A model generated the notes under the pieces. That model saw only the letters and a list, made by a program, of their open reading frames with translations, had not been told where the DNA came from and did not search any database. Shown here piece by piece: positions 57,463 through 64,000 of a stretch of 64,000 bases of DNA. The stretch is taken from the NCBI GenBank assembly GCA_903874955.1, contig CAIQTY010000025.1, forward strand, positions 8,034-72,033, in the 5' to 3' direction. Source of the DNA: an uncultured Alphaproteobacteria bacterium. Lineage in GTDB: Bacteria; Pseudomonadota; Alphaproteobacteria; Paracaedibacterales; CAITNM01. Position numbers and translations under genes: made by a program. How positions within the stretch are numbered: position 1 is the first letter of the stretch; each line of letters starts with the position of its first letter.

Positions 57463-58857
57463 TTGTCCAATCGTTTTGAAGAGACTTTGCTAGCAAAAGG
57501 TATTATTACGCCAGATCAACTTCATATTGCGATTTTGGAGCAGCAAAAGCATGACATGTTTTTAGGTGAAATTCTTATTAACCTTCATTTTGCAACACCT
57601 ACTGTTGTTGGAGAACTTGTTAATGAAGTATCTGGCTATCCATACATTGACCTTGAAACTACTAAAATTGATAGAAAATTGGCTTCTAAATTAAGTAAAG
57701 AATTTTGTGAAGAGCAAAAAATCATTCCTTTCAGACATGATGAGATTCTTCATGTAGCCATGTTAGATCCTGAAAATATTATCATCCAGGATATCGTAAA
57801 AAGAAAAACAAAAGATTTTTTTAAAAGTGATCCTAATTGGAAGTTTTATTATACGCATAAACAGTCTCTGCAATATGCATTACAACAGCTGACTCAACCA
57901 CAAACACAAACTGTAGATGATTCGTTTGAAACCCTATTTTTAAATCTAGTAGATGAAGCCGTTACTAAAGAAGCCTCAGATATTCACTTTATGCCTGTCG
58001 AACAGATGGTACTGGTAAAATTACGCATCCATGGAGAATTAGTAACATACCAACATTTAGAATGGAAAATATTTGATAAAATATCAGTGCGCTTTAAATT
58101 TTTGTCTAATCTTGACATTGCTGAACGACGCCGCCCTCAATCGGGAGGTTGTATTTTAACGATTAGAAGTAACCAAGTTGACTGCCGTGTGTCGTTTCAC
58201 CCATGTCTTTGGGGGGAAAGCTTAGTGGTACGTTTATTAGCAACAAATCGAGAGGTTTTAAGCTTAGAGGAACTAGGCTTTACAAATACTCAAATCGAAG
58301 AATTGCGTGATTTGATTAAGAAAACATCAGGGCTATTTTTAGTTTGCGGCGCAACAGGATCAGGAAAGACTACAACACTTCATGCTCTACTCCGGGAATG
58401 TGACTTTACAACCAAAAATATTATGACTTTGGAACAACCCATTGAATATAGGGTCAATGGTATCCGGCAAACAGAAATTTATGAAAATGGCGTCATCAGT
58501 TTTGCCGAGGGAGTTAGATCTATGTTACGTCACGATCCTGACATCATATTTATCGGGGAAATTCGTGACGAAGATACCGCTAAAATGGCTGTAAGAGCCT
58601 CAATGACGGGACATTTAGTTCTAGCTACATTGCACGCTTCCTGCCCGTTTGTAGCACCTGCACGTTTGATTGATTTAGGTATTTCGCCGAATCTTTTAAG
58701 TGGACAAATTTTAGCCATACTCTGTCAAAAACTAATCCGTATACCGAAAGGACGTAAAGCCCTAGGAGAATTAATCGTTCTAACAGACGAAATGCATCAA
58801 CTAATCAGTGACGGAGCAAACGCCACAAAATTGCGCAGTATAAAAACAAATTCGTAA
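57463..58857 (+). CDS. Type II/IV secretion-family hexameric ATPase (PilB/GspE-like), solitary
   Basis: 464 aa, TTG start. The N-terminal domain is MshEN/T2SSE_N-like (LLAKGIITPDQLHIAILEQQ...LGEILINLHF). Motifs are Walker A GATGSGKTTTL, Asp box IMTLEQPIEY, Walker B DPDIIFIGEIRD and His box GHLVLATLHAS. No tetra-Cys motif in the short C-terminus. Confidence 0.85.
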   Translation: MSNRFEETLLAKGIITPDQLHIAILEQQKHDMFLGEILINLHFATPTVVGELVNEVSGYPYIDLETTKIDRKLASKLSKEFCEEQKIIPFRHDEILHVAMLDPENIIIQDIVKRKTKDFFKSDPNWKFYYTHKQSLQYALQQLTQPQTQTVDDSFETLFLNLVDEAVTKEASDIHFMPVEQMVLVKLRIHGELVTYQHLEWKIFDKISVRFKFLSNLDIAERRRPQSGGCILTIRSNQVDCRVSFHPCLWGESLVVRLLATNREVLSLEELGFTNTQIEELRDLIKKTSGLFLVCGATGSGKTTTLHALLRECDFTTKNIMTLEQPIEYRVNGIRQTEIYENGVISFAEGVRSMLRHDPDIIFIGEIRDEDTAKMAVRASMTGHLVLATLHASCPFVAPARLIDLGISPNLLSGQILAILCQKLIRIPKGRKALGELIVLTDEMHQLISDGANATKLRSIKTNS

Positions 58858-58878
58858 CTTAATTAACAAAGATAGAGG

Positions 58879-59097
58879 CTATTTTTGTCGGAAGGTAATA
58901 CGACCTTTTGTAAGATCATAAGGTGTCATTTCAACCGTAACCTTATCCCCCATCAAAACGCGAATTCTATTCTTTCTCATCCTGCCTGATGTGAGAGCTA
59001 ATATTACGTGGTCATTGTCTAGTTTTACACGAAACGTTGCATTTGGAAGGAGCTCGGTAACTACTCCTGTAAATTCAATAAGATCTTCTTTTGCCAT
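58879..59097 (-). CDS. infA: Translation initiation factor IF-1
   Basis: Start taken at ATG 59097, giving 72 aa ([72 protein letters not shown]). The track ORF carries a 25-aa upstream extension. Confidence 0.95.
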   Translation of the reverse strand: MAKEDLIEFTGVVTELLPNATFRVKLDNDHVILALTSGRMRKNRIRVLMGDKVTVEMTPYDLTKGRITFRQK

Positions 59098-59301
59098 ATT
59101 ATAGAGTTTAAAAATAATACTTATAATTGCTGTAAATAGCATAAAAATCAACTGATTTAAATTTTTATGCACTAAATATTATCTGTAATTTTTATAAGTG
59201 TTGTATTTTTAAGCCCATACCGTGAGTTGGCAGTGATGATTAACGTTTCGTTAACTAGATTTGTTTTCTAATAAAAGAGTTATGAAGCAGAATGCAATAT
59301 T

Positions 59302-61158
59302 ATGAAATATTTAATTTTTTTATTTATGATGGCGAACTCTCTCTTTGGTCTAGCTTCAGGAGGCGGAGGCGGTGGGGGAAGTGGAAGCGGGGGTAATAAT
59401 AGTGCAACTTCTGCATCTAATGACAACGCTTCTGGATCGTCTAGCAATTCTGCTAGCAGCAGGAATTCTGGAAATAATAACTCGGGAAATAATCAAAGCG
59501 ACGATGAAGATACAGAATCTGGTGATGGATTTGGACTTATTGAAGCTATTGGTAAAGGCATTGGTAATGCTATAGGTCGTGGGGGAAATTCAGGCAGAAA
59601 ATCTAGAAGGGGACAAGCAATAGAACCAGGAACTCATCCTGATGAAATAGATGAAGATGATGAAACTGAAGGAAATCCTGGAGCACCAGGAGATGAATCA
59701 GACGGGTCGGATGAAACGAATGGATCACAAGGATATCAAGGACAACCTGGTGCAGAGCCAGATGAACAATACGGAGCTGATCCACAAGCACAGGATGGGG
59801 ATCTTGATGCTTATGGCAATCCTATTCCAAGAAAGCCGGTAGTAGCCAAACCAAACAAAAAAATTGGTAAAAGACCTGCTAATTCTATGATAGGTAATCC
59901 AAAAGCTAAAAACAGGAGGAAAGCTAATCTGAATCAAGTTGCAGTTTGTGGCTTAAAATGCCGTGCAGATAAAGCAACCGCAGAATTAGATAAAAAGCCA
60001 TTTATTCCAACAGAACAGATCATATTCCCATCAAGTCAAAGTCAAAGTCAAAGTCAAAGTCAAAGTCAAAGCAAGAACCAGACAATGATTAAAGCACCAA
60101 CTACTCAGCAAAATAATCTGAGAATTCTTTCGCTTTTGCAAAAATTACAAAATGCCATAGAGGAAAAACAAGATTCATCGCTTCCTGAATTTTCAGCCAA
60201 TAGACTTTTAAGACCCAGCGATAAAGATGATAGTATTCCTGCATTGCGAGAAATTTTGTGCTCATTAGGGTGTCTCGACCAGGCCAATGGCTCACCATTT
60301 TTTGATATGGAATTGGAAAAAGGCGTGAAGTCCTTTCAGGCATCCCATTGTTTAACGCCTGATGGTATTATCGGCCAAGATACAAAAGCTAAATTAAACT
60401 GGAGCTACGAGAAGCGCTTAAAGATGGTAAAAGACGCCATAGAAAAAATAAAAGCTTTGATCTTTACCGATCACACAATAATCGTAAACATTCCGACCTA
60501 CAAACTTTATGCCTTTGAAAAAGAAACTCCTAAAATGCAAATGAAGGTTATTGTTGGAAAATCTCAGCGTCAGACTCCTTTGATGACAAGTTATATTAAT
60601 GGCATTGAATATAATCCGATCTGGGTTGTACCAAAGACTATTCTTTTTGAAGATGAGCTCCCTAAAATCCAAGAAGATCCGAGAAAATTCTTTGCTCAGA
60701 ACAGGGACTTCCAAATTTTCGATGAAGACGATAACCCTGTTAATCCTAAAAAAATCGATTGGAATAGTTTTGATCTTCATAACTTCCCCTACACGCTTAA
60801 GCAAAAATCAGGGAAGAATAATGCGCTTGGATTGCTAAAATTTAATTTGCAAACTCATGACTCTATATACCTTCATGACACAGCTCACCGTGAATTATTT
60901 AGTCAATTTTCAAGAGCTTTATCATCAGGATGCATACGTGTTGAAAAAGCAGGAAAACTTGCATCTTGGCTTTTAAACGTTACGACAAATCAGCTAAAAC
61001 AAAAAATTGCCAAAAGTGGCACAACAACAGAGCCATTAAAAGAAAATGTAACGGTTCATATTACGTATTTACCTGTTTGGGTAGAGGAAGACGAAGGAAA
61101 GTTATACACCATATGGGGAGAAGATCCTTATAACCAGTATCCAAAGGAATTCTATTAA
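59302..61158 (+). CDS. L,D-transpeptidase (YcbB/YkuD-type) with a PG-binding domain and a ~260-aa disordered N-terminal region
   Basis: 618 aa with a signal peptide and Gly/Ser/Asn/Asp-rich low complexity. PG_binding_1-like segment is LEKGVKSFQASHCLTPDGIIGQDTKAKL. The YkuD catalytic region is IYLHDTAHRELFSQFSRALSSGCIRVE (His...Cys). Confidence 0.85.
   Translation: MKYLIFLFMMANSLFGLASGGGGGGGSGSGGNNSATSASNDNASGSSSNSASSRNSGNNNSGNNQSDDEDTESGDGFGLIEAIGKGIGNAIGRGGNSGRKSRRGQAIEPGTHPDEIDEDDETEGNPGAPGDESDGSDETNGSQGYQGQPGAEPDEQYGADPQAQDGDLDAYGNPIPRKPVVAKPNKKIGKRPANSMIGNPKAKNRRKANLNQVAVCGLKCRADKATAELDKKPFIPTEQIIFPSSQSQSQSQSQSQSKNQTMIKAPTTQQNNLRILSLLQKLQNAIEEKQDSSLPEFSANRLLRPSDKDDSIPALREILCSLGCLDQANGSPFFDMELEKGVKSFQASHCLTPDGIIGQDTKAKLNWSYEKRLKMVKDAIEKIKALIFTDHTIIVNIPTYKLYAFEKETPKMQMKVIVGKSQRQTPLMTSYINGIEYNPIWVVPKTILFEDELPKIQEDPRKFFAQNRDFQIFDEDDNPVNPKKIDWNSFDLHNFPYTLKQKSGKNNALGLLKFNLQTHDSIYLHDTAHRELFSQFSRALSSGCIRVEKAGKLASWLLNVTTNQLKQKIAKSGTTTEPLKENVTVHITYLPVWVEEDEGKLYTIWGEDPYNQYPKEFY
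60034..60069 (+). repeat. Perfect hexanucleotide microsatellite (AGTCAA)x6, in frame (SQSQSQSQSQSQ)
   Basis: Read directly: agtcaa repeated six times at 60034-60069, inside the L,D-transpeptidase gene between the disordered region and the PG-binding domain. Confidence 0.95.
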
Positions 61159-62019
61159 TCCCCAATAATGGCATTGAGCAAAAATTTTTATAGAGTTTTC
61201 TGGATTATTGGGATCCCAATTCTTAAGCAATATTTGCAAAAAAATAAAGCCAAGAAACGATGGGATACCCCCAAGCCATCCCCATGGTAAAAGAAACCAG
61301 AATAACAGGAGATGTGATAATATATTGACCAAAGTCAACCAAGTTTTGGGGGCTCTTTGCATCAAGATTGCTGTCGATTTTACATTTGCCTTTTGATCAT
61401 CTTTTATATCTGCAAAGGCGTAAATTGTATCGTAAAAAATTGTCCATAAGACAAGAGCCATCAATATGGGCCAAATATAACGTACCAACATTCCCATGGA
61501 ACAAAAAATACTTTCTAACGGTCCAGTCCAGGTCACCTCAGCCACATGTAAAAATGCAATGATCAAGCCACTGTTAAATGTGAACCCTAAAAATAGCTGA
61601 GGCCAATAGGTAAAGCGTTTCATGAAGGGATAAATCACCATCATGATACCTGCAATAACACTTGCATATTTTGCAGCTTGATTAAGCTGAATCCAGACAA
61701 TTGCTCCAATACTTAAAAAAACAAAAAATGCTATGAACGCTTGTTTTTGAGTTAATAGGTTGGAAGCCAAAGGACGATTTTTAGTACGCTGAATTTTTTT
61801 ATCAAAATCTTTATCAATTATGTCGTTAATAATGCAGCCAGCACTGCGCATTGCCACAGCACCTATAAAAAATAAAAAGTAATTGTAAAAATCACCATGA
61901 GCAAGTGCTACGCCAAAAAAACAGGGCCAAAGGAGTAGCCATATACCAACAGGTCTATGTAAACGAGCGAGCTGAATGTATGGTAGAAATTGTATAGATG
62001 TGAAAAATTTAAAGTACAT
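61102..62019 (-). CDS. ubiA: 4-hydroxybenzoate polyprenyltransferase
   Basis: 305 aa polytopic protein with RLHRPVGIWLLLWP and the Asp-rich motif NDIIDKDFDKKIQRTKNRPLAS, plus a second D-rich site (YAFADIKDD). Confidence 0.92.
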   Translation of the reverse strand: MYFKFFTSIQFLPYIQLARLHRPVGIWLLLWPCFFGVALAHGDFYNYFLFFIGAVAMRSAGCIINDIIDKDFDKKIQRTKNRPLASNLLTQKQAFIAFFVFLSIGAIVWIQLNQAAKYASVIAGIMMVIYPFMKRFTYWPQLFLGFTFNSGLIIAFLHVAEVTWTGPLESIFCSMGMLVRYIWPILMALVLWTIFYDTIYAFADIKDDQKANVKSTAILMQRAPKTWLTLVNILSHLLLFWFLLPWGWLGGIPSFLGFIFLQILLKNWDPNNPENSIKIFAQCHYWGLIEFLWILVIRIFSPYGV

Positions 62020-62692
62020 GACTAGACTCTACCTCACCCAATCTCTAAAAGCACAAGAAATTGTTGAACTCAATAAAGACCAACGTCATTATCTTGAAAA
62101 AGTTCTGCGATTTCAGCCAGGCGAATATTTTATCGGATTTAATAAGCATGATGGTGAATGGGAAATTGTCTATGAAAAACCATATTACCGTTGCACCAAG
62201 CAGCGAAAACTTGCGTCATCAACTCAACCTTGCTGGCTGGCTTTTTCACCCCTTAAACACGACCCTATGAGCTTTTTAATCGAAAAAGCTACTGAAATTG
62301 GGGTCACAGATTTTCAGCCAATTATTACAGAACGAACTAATAGTCACAGAATCAATATTGAACGTTTGAGAAAAAATGCAACTGAGGCTTCTCAGCAGTG
62401 TGAACGCTTAGATATACCAACCATTCATGAACCTATGCCGCTGAATAGTTTTTTAAATAATCTACCCAAAAATATCCATTGGCATTGCTGCCTTGAACGA
62501 TCTGATTCCGGTATATCTGAAATCCAATTTCCAGCTGGTTTCATTGTCGGGCCGGAGGGAGGATGGTCAAATCAAGAGAGAACAATGTTAGAAAAAAATA
62601 CAACTTCAATTTCCCTTGGAAAAAATATTTTACGAGCCGAAACAGCAGCTATAGTTTCTTTGAGCACAATAATTCTTCTTAAAAATCCTTAA
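62018..62692 (+). CDS. rsmE: 16S rRNA (uracil1498-N3)-methyltransferase RsmE
   Basis: Start taken at ATG 62018 (MTRLYLTQSL); the track starts at 61976. It has a PUA-like N-terminus and the C-terminal SPOUT signature GPEGGWSNQER...LGKNILRAETAAI. Confidence 0.82.
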   Translation: MTRLYLTQSLKAQEIVELNKDQRHYLEKVLRFQPGEYFIGFNKHDGEWEIVYEKPYYRCTKQRKLASSTQPCWLAFSPLKHDPMSFLIEKATEIGVTDFQPIITERTNSHRINIERLRKNATEASQQCERLDIPTIHEPMPLNSFLNNLPKNIHWHCCLERSDSGISEIQFPAGFIVGPEGGWSNQERTMLEKNTTSISLGKNILRAETAAIVSLSTIILLKNP

Positions 62693-62783
62693 AACTATAT
62701 TTTTTAAAAAGAAAAGTCTTGTTTTTCTTGAAAATTTGAAGAGAATGATTATTCTGAAACGAAATTGTGTATTTAGGATAAGA

Positions 62784-64000
62784 ATGAAACAATCTTGGAA
62801 AATGGTCGGCACAAGTGCACTTGGAAATGCTTTGGAGTTTTATGATTTCGTAATCTGCGGTGTATTCATTGCAAAAATTTCTGAAGTCTTTTTTCCTAAT
62901 ACCACACCTACGATAGCACTCTTTGCAAGTATTTTTGCTTTTTCTGCGGCCTTTTTTACCAGACCTTTAGGTGCATATGTTTTTGGATTAATAGGGGATA
63001 CGTTTGGTAGGAAAGTTGCTCTTACATATTCGGTCATGTTGATGGGCTTTCCAACCTTAATTATTTCACTTTTGCCTGGTTACAAAACCATCGGTGTAGC
63101 AGCACCTATCATATTGGTACTATGCCGGATGATTCAAGGTCTATCAACCGGAGGTGAGTATAACGGCGCTGCCATCTTTGCTATTGAACACGGCAGATCA
63201 GATAAAGCGGGTTTGATAAGCGGAATCATTGCGGGATCTTGTATGGTCGGCGCAGTATTTGCGAGCTTTGCAGGATCGTTGATGTTACGCCCAGAAATGC
63301 CTGATTGGGCATGGAGAGTGCCTTTTTTGATCGGCGCGCTTGTAAGTTTTATGGGCTTTGTACTGCGCAAAAATGCAAAGGAAACTGATGCTTTTATTCA
63401 TATTGCCGAAAAGAAACAACAACAAAAACGCCCCATGAAGGTGATTTTTCAAAAACACCGTGGCGCTTTTTTAATGAATATAGTTGTTGGCATTTTCAAA
63501 GGTTCGCTTACCTATACGGTTTTTGGTTTTATGAACGTTTATATGACTAAATTTTTAGGATATGACATGTCTACCGCAGTTCTGCTTAACACTTTTGGGC
63601 TTATTGGTTACACATCAGGGTGCACATTTTTTGGTTGGTTAAGCGATAAAATTACCATGCGTAGATCTGTGTATCTATCATGTTTCTTATGTTGCTCGCT
63701 TTCTTATTTGTGTTTTTACCTTCTGCAAACACAGGATTTATTTTTAGTAGGCCTTGGTCAATACGGAGTAGGACTATACGTAGGAAGTTTTGTTGGTCTA
63801 AGCCACGTTTATATGCAGGTGTTATTCCCTGCCGAAACACGCTATACAGGGGTTGCTGTAAGCTTTTCAATTGGGATAGCCATATCAGGAGGGTTTATGC
63901 CATCGGTTTATACCTTTATGACTGGTTATACAGGCAACTTGTATATGGCTGCAGTTATCATTTCGATATACGCCATAATTTTCACGCTAATTTCTCGTGT
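62784..64000 (+). CDS. MFS transporter of the metabolite:H+ symporter (ProP/KgtP-like) family; 3' end beyond the window
   Basis: Not in the ORF track because no stop lies in the window. Hand translation from ATG 62784 gives MKQSWKMVGTSALGNALEFYDFVICGVF...FFTRPLGAYVFGLIGDTFGRKVAL...CRMIQGLSTGGEYNGAAIFAIEH...WRVPFLIGA...LFPAETRYTGVAVSFSIG, open to nt 64000. The minus-strand track ORFs here are shadows. Confidence 0.85.
   Translation, partial: MKQSWKMVGTSALGNALEFYDFVICGVFIAKISEVFFPNTTPTIALFASIFAFSAAFFTRPLGAYVFGLIGDTFGRKVALTYSVMLMGFPTLIISLLPGYKTIGVAAPIILVLCRMIQGLSTGGEYNGAAIFAIEHGRSDKAGLISGIIAGSCMVGAVFASFAGSLMLRPEMPDWAWRVPFLIGALVSFMGFVLRKNAKETDAFIHIAEKKQQQKRPMKVIFQKHRGAFLMNIVVGIFKGSLTYTVFGFMNVYMTKFLGYDMSTAVLLNTFGLIGYTSGCTFFGWLSDKITMRRSVYLSCFLCCSLSYLCFYLLQTQDLFLVGLGQYGVGLYVGSFVGLSHVYMQVLFPAETRYTGVAVSFSIGIAISGGFMPSVYTFMTGYTGNLYMAAVIISIYAIIFTLISR

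Noticed and set aside
59372-59937. Four alternative-frame or antisense ORFs (62-70 aa) over the 5' third of the L,D-transpeptidase gene. Separately, the SQ hexanucleotide repeat and the AGKK repeat were considered as CRISPR-like arrays.
   Set aside because: The ORFs arise from purine-rich low-complexity DNA that is open in several frames. The repeats are contiguous, in-frame coding microsatellites or minisatellites without spacers, and no cas genes are present.
62840-63870. Three minus-strand track ORFs (65, 78 and 72 aa) at the right end of the window.
   Set aside because: They are shadows of a long + strand MFS (ProP/KgtP-like) gene. That gene is missing from the track only because it has no stop codon inside the window.

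Overview
This is a 64-kb AT-rich chromosomal segment that reads as alphaproteobacterial. The signals are a petA-petB-petC bc1 operon, an MPP-like M16 peptidase next to an NDUFAF5/BioC-like methyltransferase, a Cys-less L31, and ubiA. The many Sec-signal, low-complexity orphan proteins suggest a host-associated or intracellular lineage; this lineage call is inference only, since no search was possible. I call 1 tRNA (Lys-UUU), about 58 CDS (one runs off the 3' edge), 4 pseudogene remnants, 4 hairpin terminators and 2 in-frame tandem repeats. I saw no rRNA, CRISPR array, transposase or prophage genes. Backbone genes are an RND efflux pair, M16 peptidase, znuCB, mraY, uvrD, rpmE, lpdA, grxC, ftsA, tmk, petABC, mfd, murJ, cdsA, uppS, accA, accBC, nhaC-like, brnQ, mreBCD-mrdA-rodA, a Xer recombinase, infA, ubiA and rsmE. 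They are packed tightly, with many 1-, 4- and 8-nt start/stop overlaps. The best candidate for something new is the 719-aa ORF at 28019-30178. It has a signal-like N-terminus, Sel1-like repeats and a poly-Ser linker, and it ends in an apparently intact YoeB-type mRNA-interferase domain with all four catalytic positions present. No antitoxin gene is adjacent. Second, 17.5-19.0 kb holds a decayed duplicate of the convergent CoA-transferase/lpdA junction found at 20.4-20.8 kb. That duplicate is split by a 1.2-kb AT-rich insertion carrying an orphan internally repeated ORF. Other observations: tandem GT-A-like paralogs fused into an operon with a dislocated mraY; an orphan MCP with an all-membrane sensor module; a methyltransferase lacking its SAM-binding motif I; a solitary PilB/GspE-like ATPase; and several secreted low-complexity proteins. 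All calls come from reading the sequence and ORF translations by eye. Family assignments rest on remembered motifs and need HMM or BLAST confirmation.
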